Of a DNA stretch of 64,000 bases, positions 10,296 through 19,390 are shown piece after piece; the first letter of the stretch is position 1, and every line of letters starts with the position of its first letter. This DNA comes from a bacterium (GTDB taxonomy: Bacteria; Hydrothermota; Tepidihabitantia; SM23-42; JAOAFX01). The notes under the pieces were generated by a model. It saw nothing but the letters and a program-made list of their open reading frames with translations. It ran no database searches and was not told where the DNA came from. A program made the position numbers and the translations under genes. The stretch covers positions 6,306 to 70,305 of the forward strand of contig DASVHD010000028.1 of the NCBI GenBank assembly GCA_036382775.1, given 5' to 3'.

Positions 10296-12395
10296 TTATT
10301 TAAATATGACGACCTTTTCCGTAACCTTTGTTCCTGAATCCTGAACCTCCAGCATGTACACACCAGCTGGCACGGTGCGGCCGGCATTATCCTTGCGATC
10401 CCATACGATCCTGTTCTCAGTAGGTCGGTTACCCTCGATCGACAGATCGCGTACCAGTTCACCCAGAAGATTGAAGATCTTCACCGCTACCGGGCGCTGG
10501 GAAACAGGAGTCAGGCTGATCGCTGTGCGATCCTGGAAAGGATTGGGCGTGCACCTGATGCGGATCAGATCGAGATCAAGGACGCGAACCGTATCACAAC
10601 CATAAAAAGAGGTCCCGTTATACAGCTGCCCGGTCACGTTGAACGGCACTGCCGGACCGGTGCCAACACCGGTCAGATCCTGCACATTGAACTTCGCCAC
10701 CAGAAATCCAGGAGTGACTTCACAGAAGACAGCGTGCGCACCTTCGCAGGTAATTGTCGACCCATTTATGTCGCCGGGATTATAGCCAGCAGGCAGTGTG
10801 ATGCAAGCCGAAAATTTTCCCTGACTTTTCAGGTTGATCGTTTCCGGTTCGATCCTTATGTTGGCGGCAATAGTACCCGCGCCGCAATAGAAAATGCGTA
10901 CTTCTTGAAGGTTCGGCAAACATGCCGGAGTTGAAAATCCGAGTCTCATCCGATATTGCAGGTACCTGGCATTCAAGCATTCCGGGATCAATGTTCCATA
11001 TCTTACCTCACACCAATCGCTCCACGAGCCGTCGGGCGTTGCGGTATTCCCTGTCCGTACGTAGAACGTCAGGACTGAACCCGCTGGAGTCTCAGCATCC
11101 CACTCGGCCCGGTCCCAATCGACAATGGTCCCGGCGTCGAATATGCTGGAACAATAATCCTCGTAGTACTGCCGGTCATATGTATTGCCGACTTCGCGGA
11201 ACATGGCATGGTGATCGCCGTTCGTGGGCATGGTGAAGGAAGTGGTGTAACCGGGACCCCAGAAGATCTGGCTGCTGCCTTCATAATTCTCAACGAACAC
11301 GTCCAGCGCGCAATCGCTGTTGAGATCCGCTATGAATCCACCTGATCCGCTTATATATGACCCAAATTCCCATTTATTCGTCTCGGAAAATCCACTTGCC
11401 GAACCCCAATAGACGACCGGTTTGTTCCCGGTCCGGCCTCTGAAAAAGACGATATCGACAAAGCCGTCCGCGTTGAAATCCACGGCCGATGATCCGCCGT
11501 AGCAACTTCCTGGATTCAGCAGCTGGTAATTCTGGTAGCCGTTCTCGCTGCCCCAGAAAACATACGCGCCGTTAGAAAAGACGGCGGTAAATACGATATC
11601 AAGCCAGCCATCATTGTTGAAATCGGCCACGGTCGTGCCATGAGGTATCGACACGCCCGGGAGATTGAGAGTTGTTCGATTCGCAGATGAAAACCCATTT
11701 GAACTACCCCAGTAAATATAATTGTAAGAAGCATTATTATTCACGATGATCAGGTCGATCCAACCATCCTTGTTCAGATCGGACGCCTCAAAATTATGCG
11801 CCCCGTACACGGACGGCAGGTCCTGCCGGTTCGTTGATGAATATCCATTGGGACCGCCCCAGTAAATGGAGCTCGTGGAAAAATTGAGCGAAGTAGCAAC
11901 GCAGATGTCAAGGTATCCGTCCTTATTAAGGTCGGATACATACAGGGCTTCGTTCGTCACGGTCGGTATACTGAAGTTGTTCGTATAGGTATAACCGCTC
12001 GGCGTGCCCCAGTATATCACGAGCCGGGCGTCGCCATTGCCGTAACTGGCAATGAACTCGGGATAGCCGTCATTGTTCAGATCGGCGCCTTCGCATCCGC
12101 CCGTGCCGTCGCTCGCAAAAGAGATCTTATTGCTCAATGAGTAGCCCTGACCGCTTCCCCAGTAAATGGAGATCGCAGATGACGAGCTTGAAAAGATATC
12201 AATGTATCCGTCATTGTTAAGATCATAGCGTGGTACATATTCAACCGTGCCGCCGGCAGCGTGCGAAGCATACAACGTGGTGTTAAAGATCCCATCCTGG
12301 AAATCTTCGGTTGTAGTTTCAATCCAGACATTGCCGGCATCTGCGATCGAGAAAATAACGACCACCAACAAAAACGCATATTTACTTATCTTCAT
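10296..12395 (-). CDS. FG-GAP repeat protein with T9SS C-terminal sorting domain (paralog 3)
   Basis: signal peptide; VWIETTTEDFQDGIF... ; multiple FG-GAP blades; GDHHAMFREVGNTYDRQY module; ~93-aa module shared with CDS 238..1668; CTD (VAVKIFNLLGELVRDL...VPAGVYMLEV). Confidence 0.8.
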   Translation of the reverse strand: MKISKYAFLLVVVIFSIADAGNVWIETTTEDFQDGIFNTTLYASHAAGGTVEYVPRYDLNNDGYIDIFSSSSSAISIYWGSGQGYSLSNKISFASDGTGGCEGADLNNDGYPEFIASYGNGDARLVIYWGTPSGYTYTNNFSIPTVTNEALYVSDLNKDGYLDICVATSLNFSTSSIYWGGPNGYSSTNRQDLPSVYGAHNFEASDLNKDGWIDLIIVNNNASYNYIYWGSSNGFSSANRTTLNLPGVSIPHGTTVADFNNDGWLDIVFTAVFSNGAYVFWGSENGYQNYQLLNPGSCYGGSSAVDFNADGFVDIVFFRGRTGNKPVVYWGSASGFSETNKWEFGSYISGSGGFIADLNSDCALDVFVENYEGSSQIFWGPGYTTSFTMPTNGDHHAMFREVGNTYDRQYYEDYCSSIFDAGTIVDWDRAEWDAETPAGSVLTFYVRTGNTATPDGSWSDWCEVRYGTLIPECLNARYLQYRMRLGFSTPACLPNLQEVRIFYCGAGTIAANIRIEPETINLKSQGKFSACITLPAGYNPGDINGSTITCEGAHAVFCEVTPGFLVAKFNVQDLTGVGTGPAVPFNVTGQLYNGTSFYGCDTVRVLDLDLIRIRCTPNPFQDRTAISLTPVSQRPVAVKIFNLLGELVRDLSIEGNRPTENRIVWDRKDNAGRTVPAGVYMLEVQDSGTKVTEKVVIFK

Positions 12396-12531
12396 GTTTC
12401 CTCCTCAACTGAAACAACTATCTCTATATATTATTATACTACTTTCATGCTCATTGTCAAGTGAACATTTGTTTACATCTTTCGATTTTCTTTGGACTTG
12501 ATTTTAAGCTCATTTAAACTATAATGGAGGA

Positions 12532-13218
12532 ATGAAAAAAAGTATTAAGTTTTACAATGAAAAGTATCATTTTGAAGAAGACTTTCATATAGGTATAGAT
12601 AACAAAAGAATAGCAAAGTATTTTACAGATATAGAATTCAAAAAAAATCAAAAATATCTGGATATAGGATGTGGAGTTGGCTGGTCATTAAAATACTGTA
12701 TAAATAAAGGCACTATTCCTTTTGGCGTTGACATATCAATCAGATCTCTTGAACTGACGAAAAGAATATTAAATTTTAATCCATATCTGGTTTTAGCCGA
12801 TGGTCAATCATTACCTTTTATAAGCGAAAGCTTCGATCTAGTGTCAGCCCTAGGAACACTCGAGCACTTCGATTCTCCCAAGAAAGGATTAGAGGAAATA
12901 AATCGCGTCATTAAAAAAAATGGGCAGGTAATTATTGTCGTTCCCAATTCCTATGGAATTCTCAACAAACTTGGATTATACAAGGGCACAGAACAGGAAC
13001 AGGAAATGATGGCTACTATCACCGAGTGGGTTAGATATATTCAGCACAGTGGCTTCGAAATTCACAGCATTAAAAAAGATATCGGGCCTAGAGTTTTAAA
13101 GAATAAAAATCTATTTGGAATAATAAAACGCTTTCTACTGAAAATTACAGTTTTTCTACCAACCGCATTTGCATATTGTTTTATTTTTTCGATAAAAAAA
13201 CAGACCGATAAGCATTAA
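12532..13218 (+). CDS. class I SAM-dependent methyltransferase (Methyltransf_11-like)
   Basis: YLDIGCGVGWSLKYCINKG motif I; acidic post-I (VDIS); QVIIVVPN; gene lies in AT-rich (~30% GC) segment. Confidence 0.75.
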   Translation: MKKSIKFYNEKYHFEEDFHIGIDNKRIAKYFTDIEFKKNQKYLDIGCGVGWSLKYCINKGTIPFGVDISIRSLELTKRILNFNPYLVLADGQSLPFISESFDLVSALGTLEHFDSPKKGLEEINRVIKKNGQVIIVVPNSYGILNKLGLYKGTEQEQEMMATITEWVRYIQHSGFEIHSIKKDIGPRVLKNKNLFGIIKRFLLKITVFLPTAFAYCFIFSIKKQTDKH

Positions 13219-13226
13219 CACAGTCA

Positions 13227-14147
13227 ATGAGTAAAATCATAAAAAAAACGTTCCAAATATTGGTTATATTAACAATCTTCATCTTTCTAATCCGCAATTT
13301 AATATTAAATTGGATAAAAATACCTTTTAAGGATCTTCATTTTAATCCTTTCATGTTATTTTTGTCTTATATTTTTTTAACAATTCATTTTATTATCTAT
13401 GTTTTCAGTTGGAAAGCACTTTTGAAAAAATTAAATGTAATCGTAGGTTTTGCTAACTCATTTTGGATGATAGCAACATCGCAAATAGCAAAGTATTTAC
13501 CCGGCGGCATTTGGTATGCAGTAGGCCGCATCTATTTGGCCAAAAAGGAAAAACTGGCAGGTGAAAATACTACTATCAGCGTGATATTAGAAACCTGTCT
13601 GATTATGATAGCCGGTATCGTGATTTTTTTTCTACTATTATTAACCAAATCAGTAAACATAAAAATAAATGTCATTTATATAATTATTGTTCTTCTTATT
13701 TCATTGGTTCTACTTCATCCATATTTATTGACAGTAATTATTAATATTTTTCTTAAGCTTATAAAAAAACCAACCGTGAAATTTAATATAAGCTATTGGA
13801 GCTTAATTAAGTTGTCATCATTTTTTCTTAGTTTCTGGATAGCTCAAATACTGGGTTTCTATTTTTTAATTTGCTCAATATATCCACTTCCACTGACAAT
13901 GATATTTGCAGTTGCCGTGGCATATATCTTATCATGGACCATTGGCTTTATTGCAATCTTTGCACCCGGCGGGCTGGGAATCCGGGAAGGTACGATGACC
14001 TTGTATTTATCGACCATTATGCCCTTACCGGTTGCGATCGCGATCAGCCTGATCTCCCGGATCTGGATCACTGTGTTCGAAGTCATTGTCTTTTTTATGG
14101 GCCTCATAATCCAGAAAAACACGAAGAAAAGAGCAAATACCGAATAA
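13227..14147 (+). CDS. UPF0104 / LPG-synthase-TM 'flippase-like' family integral membrane protein
   Basis: ~8 predicted TM helices and hallmark motif FAPGGLGIREGTM; AT-rich codon usage unlike flanks. Confidence 0.7.
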   Translation: MSKIIKKTFQILVILTIFIFLIRNLILNWIKIPFKDLHFNPFMLFLSYIFLTIHFIIYVFSWKALLKKLNVIVGFANSFWMIATSQIAKYLPGGIWYAVGRIYLAKKEKLAGENTTISVILETCLIMIAGIVIFFLLLLTKSVNIKINVIYIIIVLLISLVLLHPYLLTVIINIFLKLIKKPTVKFNISYWSLIKLSSFFLSFWIAQILGFYFLICSIYPLPLTMIFAVAVAYILSWTIGFIAIFAPGGLGIREGTMTLYLSTIMPLPVAIAISLISRIWITVFEVIVFFMGLIIQKNTKKRANTE

Positions 14148-14219
14148 ATAAACGGAACAAGTTTTTCTTTTTTTGCCAGGCTGTCTTGACTGTCAACGTG
14201 AAATCACTATACTTACGCC

Positions 14220-16670
14220 GTGAGCAGAAAGCACAAAAGAATACCGGTTGCAGCACCTTCCCCTAAAACACCATCAACCCTTATCGAACGGTACTGGAAC
14301 CTGTTGTTCATTATTCTTTTTGCATTACTGCCATTTTTTTACTTTTTTTCTTTCCTGTCCCCGGGAATAATGATTGGAGGATCGGATTACCTGATCGGCG
14401 GATATCCTTTCGAAAAATGGACGCTCGGACAAAGTGAAATGCCCCTGTGGTACCCGCATGTGTTCAGCGGTTATCCAGTGCTGGGACAGCCGGTCGGCGG
14501 CCCGCTTGCCCCTCTCGCCCAGCTGCGGCACATAGTTCCGCCGCAGGTTGCCTTAACCCTGAGCTTCATGCTGATGCTCTTCGCCGCCGCACTTGGCACT
14601 TACCATTATTTAAAAGCTTTAGGCATATCAAAGTACGCGGCTGCTTTTGGCGCCATCGCCTATCAGTTCGCGGGCAATCTGGCATCCGCCCCTATGGCCG
14701 GGCACCTGGGACGCGCCTCGAGCATTGCGCTATTTCCTTTCATGCTGTATTTTATCCACAAGGCTCTGGAGACTAAAAAATTATCTTATTTCATGATATT
14801 CAGCCTGATCACGGCATTGGCTTTTTATGAAGGGCATTTTCAGCTCACCTATTATGCTTTACTTACGATAGCGGGCTATGTGATCTATTATCTGATCGCA
14901 AATAGAAAAAATATCCGGAAACACGAACTTATAAAGGTTTTGGGATACGGCCTGTGTTCCATCGTAATGATCGCCGCATTAATGGCGGTCGTGTGGTTGC
15001 CGGTCTTGAACAGCCTTAAGCTCGTTGCCCGCGGATCAGCTCGGGGCTACGAGTATGCAATAAGCTGGGCCCTGCCGCCGCTGGAACTCATAGACCTGAT
15101 GGTCCCGACATTTTCAGGCATCCTCGATAATTACTGGGGATCAAATGCCTTCAAGCTGCATACCGAATATTTCGGCGTAATCGTATTGCTGATGGCCGTC
15201 ATGACCGTCATCCTGTATTGGCGAAAACCATATATCAAATTCTTCGCGTTCTTAGCCCTCGCTTCCATCCTCGTGTCGATCGGCGGGTCAACGCCGTTCT
15301 TTAAAATGGCATATTACGTGATCCCCCTGTTCAAATTAACCCGCGCGCCGGCCCTGGCATTTTATCTAGCCGTCTTCAGTTTCATTTGCATCAGCAGCAT
15401 TGGTTTCGACAATATTTTTCAAAAAAAAGAACTATCCAAACGTCAATTTTTAATATCCGCGCTCTCGACCATCATCATCTTCATACTAATGCTCTTGATC
15501 TTTACGCCGATCGGCAAAAATATAGCGGCGTCGAGAGAAAAATTATTTGAAGATAATCTGGGCCGGTTATATCAAGGTGCCGCCTGGTCGCTGATAATTA
15601 TCGCGGTCTGTCTCTCGTTGATCTACGCGGGCATACGAAGATCCTTCAAGATCAGTATTAGCGCGCTGATTTTGATAATATTAAGCCTTTCTACCCAACT
15701 GTTCATTGTCCGGAAATTTTTACCCAAGGCTCCCGCGCCAGAAAAATACTACGCCGTCGATGATGTCTCAAGGTTCATAAAAAAAGACAGTTCGATATAC
15801 CGCGTGTTCCCCTGTGTTTTTCCAACCCCTTACGGGGACGTAGGATATGCCCACGCCAAGGATGCTTACCTTCTATACCAGGGCATTCAAAGCGCCGGCG
15901 GATACGCGCCGAACCCGTTACAGAGATACCAGGATCTTATCGGTGCCGGGGCCAGCGTCATGTTCGTTCCGATCCGTCTTTATCAGTATCCGGCGCTGAT
16001 CGACATGCTTAATCTCAAATACCTGATCGCGGCGAACCTCCCTGCCGACATGAGCGCATATGATCCAGGTATTCAACGCACGGTCCAGCCAATTAAAATT
16101 TTTCTAGCTAAATACCGGCCCGTTTTCGCCGGGAACCAATATTCAGTGTACCAGAACGACAGCGTGCTGCCGCGTGCCTATGTCGTCGGTGATTTTGAAA
16201 CGATGGAAGCAACCGAAGTGCTGAACCGGCTGGGATCGGAATCGTTCGACCGTTACTCATCGGTCGTGCTCGAAGAAGATCCCGGTGTTCCGCACCCGCC
16301 CGCAAAAGACCGCTACGTCGCGGCCGATATCAAGGACTATACAGCTAATAAAGTGGTATGCGAAACGAACAGCCCGTTCGCTGGTTTTCTTGTGCTGGCC
16401 GATAACTGGCATCCGGACTGGAAGGTCTTTGTGGACGGTCAGGAAAGCAAGTTATACCGCGCCAATTACACGTTCCGCGCGGTCCGTGTTGAGGCCGGCA
16501 AGCACGAAGTTACCTTCGCATATAGATCATATTATTTCGCCCTGGGCAGTGTCATCACGCTTATCGGGATCGCGATCATTCTCGCGATCTTCTTGCCGCG
16601 GCTGCTCTGGCTGCTGGTATCACGGAGCGGTGCCTTACTGCGGAACCGTACGCCGCAACCGCCGCCTTAA
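14220..16670 (+). CDS. large polytopic membrane protein, YfhO/PTPS-related GT-C-type glycosyltransferase-like
   Basis: 816 aa, >12 TM helices over first ~500 aa, soluble C-terminal beta-rich domain ending in a final TM (..YRANYTFRAVRVEAGKHEVTFAYRSYYFALGSVITLIGIAIILAIF) typical of YfhO-family architecture; family assignment by architecture only. Confidence 0.5.
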   Translation: MSRKHKRIPVAAPSPKTPSTLIERYWNLLFIILFALLPFFYFFSFLSPGIMIGGSDYLIGGYPFEKWTLGQSEMPLWYPHVFSGYPVLGQPVGGPLAPLAQLRHIVPPQVALTLSFMLMLFAAALGTYHYLKALGISKYAAAFGAIAYQFAGNLASAPMAGHLGRASSIALFPFMLYFIHKALETKKLSYFMIFSLITALAFYEGHFQLTYYALLTIAGYVIYYLIANRKNIRKHELIKVLGYGLCSIVMIAALMAVVWLPVLNSLKLVARGSARGYEYAISWALPPLELIDLMVPTFSGILDNYWGSNAFKLHTEYFGVIVLLMAVMTVILYWRKPYIKFFAFLALASILVSIGGSTPFFKMAYYVIPLFKLTRAPALAFYLAVFSFICISSIGFDNIFQKKELSKRQFLISALSTIIIFILMLLIFTPIGKNIAASREKLFEDNLGRLYQGAAWSLIIIAVCLSLIYAGIRRSFKISISALILIILSLSTQLFIVRKFLPKAPAPEKYYAVDDVSRFIKKDSSIYRVFPCVFPTPYGDVGYAHAKDAYLLYQGIQSAGGYAPNPLQRYQDLIGAGASVMFVPIRLYQYPALIDMLNLKYLIAANLPADMSAYDPGIQRTVQPIKIFLAKYRPVFAGNQYSVYQNDSVLPRAYVVGDFETMEATEVLNRLGSESFDRYSSVVLEEDPGVPHPPAKDRYVAADIKDYTANKVVCETNSPFAGFLVLADNWHPDWKVFVDGQESKLYRANYTFRAVRVEAGKHEVTFAYRSYYFALGSVITLIGIAIILAIFLPRLLWLLVSRSGALLRNRTPQPPP

Positions 16671-16678
16671 ACGAAAGG

Positions 16679-17902
16679 ATGAAATCACACGGAGTTATTA
16701 TGAAAAAAAATAAGATCTACATCAAGTTAACGGACACATACAGCGCCAACAACTACCATCCCCTGCCGGTCGTCCTGTGCCGCGGCCGGGGAGCATGGGT
16801 ATGGGACGTGGAAGGAAAAAAATATCTTGATATGCTCAGCGCCTATTCGGCGCTGAACCAGGGGCACTGCCATCCCCGCATTCTTCGCGCCATGACCGGC
16901 CAGGCAAAGCGCATAACGCTGACATCCCGCGCGTTCCACAATGACCAGATGGGTTTGTTTCTAAAGAAACTATGCACGCTTGCCGGGTACGAAAAAGCGC
17001 TGCCCATGAACTCGGGCGCCGAGGCCGTGGAGACCGCGATCAAGGTCGCGCGCAAATGGGGATATTACAGGAAACGGATACCGCGCGACCGGGCCGAGAT
17101 CATCGTATGCAGAAATAATTTCCATGGACGCACGACCATGATCGTCGGCTTTTCGTCCGAAGCCCAGTACCGTGACGGTTTCGGACCGTTCACGCGGGGC
17201 TTTAAGATGATCCCATTTAACGACCCGGCCGCCCTCAAGGCGGCGATCACCAGGAACACGGCCGCTTTTCTAATGGAACCGATCCAGGGCGAAGGCGGCG
17301 TGCTGGTACCTGATAAAGGTTATCTAAAGGAATGTTTCGCGATCTGCCGGCGTGAACGCGTGCTGTTCATAGCCGACGAGATCCAGACCGGACTGGGCAG
17401 GACGGGCCGGCTCTTTGCCTTCAACTACGAGCATATCCGGCCCGATATCGTCATCATCGGCAAGGCGCTGAGCGGAGGTTTTTATCCGGTTTCCGCCATT
17501 GTCTGCGACAACGCCATCATGAACGTTCTCAAACCAGGCGACCACGGTTCGACGTTCGGCGGCAACCCGCTGGCGGCCGCGATCGGAACCGCCGCGCTGG
17601 ATGTCATCGTCCGTGAAAAGCTGCCGGAACGCGCGTATACGATGGGTAATGAATTCATGGCCGAACTCCGAAAGATCAAAAGCCCGGTCATAAAAGAGGT
17701 CCGGGGCAAGGGTTTGCTGATCGGGGTCGAGCTCACGAAGAAAGCGCGCCCTTACTGTGAATCGCTCATGAAACAGGGGATCCTCGCCAAGGAAACCCAC
17801 GACCTGGTCGTCAGATTCGCGCCGCCTTTGGTCATCAGTAAAAAGGAACTGGCCTGGGCTTTACCCAGGATAAAGAAAGTGTTGTTGTCTCATCCGCGTT
17901 AA
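16679..17902 (+). CDS. rocD: ornithine aminotransferase (class III PLP aminotransferase)
   Basis: LSAYSALNQGHCHPRI signature of OAT; PLP-lysine region FIADEIQTGLGRTG...GKALSGG. Confidence 0.85.
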   Translation: MKSHGVIMKKNKIYIKLTDTYSANNYHPLPVVLCRGRGAWVWDVEGKKYLDMLSAYSALNQGHCHPRILRAMTGQAKRITLTSRAFHNDQMGLFLKKLCTLAGYEKALPMNSGAEAVETAIKVARKWGYYRKRIPRDRAEIIVCRNNFHGRTTMIVGFSSEAQYRDGFGPFTRGFKMIPFNDPAALKAAITRNTAAFLMEPIQGEGGVLVPDKGYLKECFAICRRERVLFIADEIQTGLGRTGRLFAFNYEHIRPDIVIIGKALSGGFYPVSAIVCDNAIMNVLKPGDHGSTFGGNPLAAAIGTAALDVIVREKLPERAYTMGNEFMAELRKIKSPVIKEVRGKGLLIGVELTKKARPYCESLMKQGILAKETHDLVVRFAPPLVISKKELAWALPRIKKVLLSHPR

Positions 17903-18702
17903 ACGTAGAATATACCGTCAAAGATCAGATTCACCGGGCCTTCGAGATAAAGCTTATCTTTCATTGTCGCCAGCAGCTCTCCGCCTTTCGTCTTGCAGAC
18001 GACCGGGGACTGAGTGATGAATAGTTTTGTGGCGATGTAAGCGGAAGCCAGCACGCCGCTGCCGCAGGACATTGTTTCCGCTTCGATCCCGCGCTCGTAG
18101 GTCCTGATGAAAAGATGCCTCGCCTCTTCTTTCACGAAATTGACGTTGGTGCCATCAGGCTTGAACTGTTTGTGATTCCGGACCACCCTGCCCAGTTCCT
18201 CCACGTTGAGCTTGTCGTAGGAGTCAACGAAGATCACGCAATGCGGCACGCCCAGTTTCAAAAAATGCGCCCGGTACTTTTTCCGCGCGACGGTGATGCT
18301 GAAATTCAGCTTGATATCGGTGGGGGCCGCCATCTCCAGGCTCACGCTCGAATTGTCCTTATAATAAAAACCAACCGGACCGGACGGTGCGATGAATTTG
18401 CCCTTTTCATCAATAATGCCCAGCCGGTACGCGTAACTCACCAGGCAGCGGGCTCCGTTCAGGCAAAGGTCGGCTTCGCTCCCATCCTGGTTAAAATAGT
18501 GCATGGCGAACGGCAGGACATCCGATTTTTCAACCAGGATAAGCCCATCGGCTCCTACCCCCGTGTGACGGTTTAGTATTTTAATGGCAAAATCCGGCAG
18601 CGTGGCCGTACCGATCGCCTCCCTGACCGTTCCTTCCCGGTTATCGATGATGACGAAATCGTTGCCCGTGCCTTCCATTTTCGTGAAAAACAATGGCTTC
18701 AT
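17899..18702 (-). CDS. dapF: diaminopimelate epimerase
   Basis: FTKMEGTGNDFVIIDN N-terminal signature; second catalytic Cys region SCGSG; 267 aa. Confidence 0.85.
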   Translation of the reverse strand: MKPLFFTKMEGTGNDFVIIDNREGTVREAIGTATLPDFAIKILNRHTGVGADGLILVEKSDVLPFAMHYFNQDGSEADLCLNGARCLVSYAYRLGIIDEKGKFIAPSGPVGFYYKDNSSVSLEMAAPTDIKLNFSITVARKKYRAHFLKLGVPHCVIFVDSYDKLNVEELGRVVRNHKQFKPDGTNVNFVKEEARHLFIRTYERGIEAETMSCGSGVLASAYIATKLFITQSPVVCKTKGGELLATMKDKLYLEGPVNLIFDGIFYV

Positions 18703-18766
18703 GCTTCTCCTTTCCTGCTCACGGCTTTCTTATTAAACTTGGTCTGAATATACAACGACAAACCAG

Positions 18767-19390
18767 CTAGACTGGTTTTTCATTAATGTCTTTTTCGCCG
18801 CGCTTGCCTTCGACATCTTTATCTTTGGAGTCGTCCCTGGCGGCCGAGATATACCGTTGCAGGTATATTAAGAACGCGATCATCATCACCGGCACCGCGG
18901 CGGCGAGGATCACGATCCCAACGATCGTCCAATTAATGGTAAAGGCACATACCAGCGCGCCGAACAACAACCCGGCAACGCGGCCGAGGTTATTGGCTTT
19001 GAAGACAAACTTCCGCTGCCGCCATATGACAAAACTGCCTCCGAGGATGAAAAGATCGCGCGCGATAATGATCAACACCACCCAGAGCGGTATGGCATGG
19101 ACCGCCAGCAGGGCGATCAGGATCGCGGCAAGGCACGTTTTGTCAACGACCGGATCCAGGATCTTGCCGAATTCTGTTTCCTGGTTGAAATGCCGTGCAA
19201 TATACCCGTCAAAAATGTCCGTCCCCAGCGAGATCAGCATGATGACCAGGGCTGTGATCCGGTGCTGCGTGATTATGCTGGCGATGATAAACGGCAGGAG
19301 CAGAATACGGGATGCGGTGAGGGCGTTAGCCGCGGTCCATATCCGGTTCCCCCGCCGTCCGGTCTGCAGATCAGTTGCCCCGGTTGTCAT
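18767..19390 (-). CDS. pgsA: CDP-alcohol phosphatidyltransferase (likely CDP-diacylglycerol--glycerol-3-phosphate 3-phosphatidyltransferase)
   Basis: D-G-x2-A-R-x8-G-x3-D-x3-D motif (DIFDGYIARHFNQETEFGKILDPVVDK); multi-TM. Confidence 0.7.
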   Translation of the reverse strand: MTTGATDLQTGRRGNRIWTAANALTASRILLLPFIIASIITQHRITALVIMLISLGTDIFDGYIARHFNQETEFGKILDPVVDKTCLAAILIALLAVHAIPLWVVLIIIARDLFILGGSFVIWRQRKFVFKANNLGRVAGLLFGALVCAFTINWTIVGIVILAAAVPVMMIAFLIYLQRYISAARDDSKDKDVEGKRGEKDINEKPV

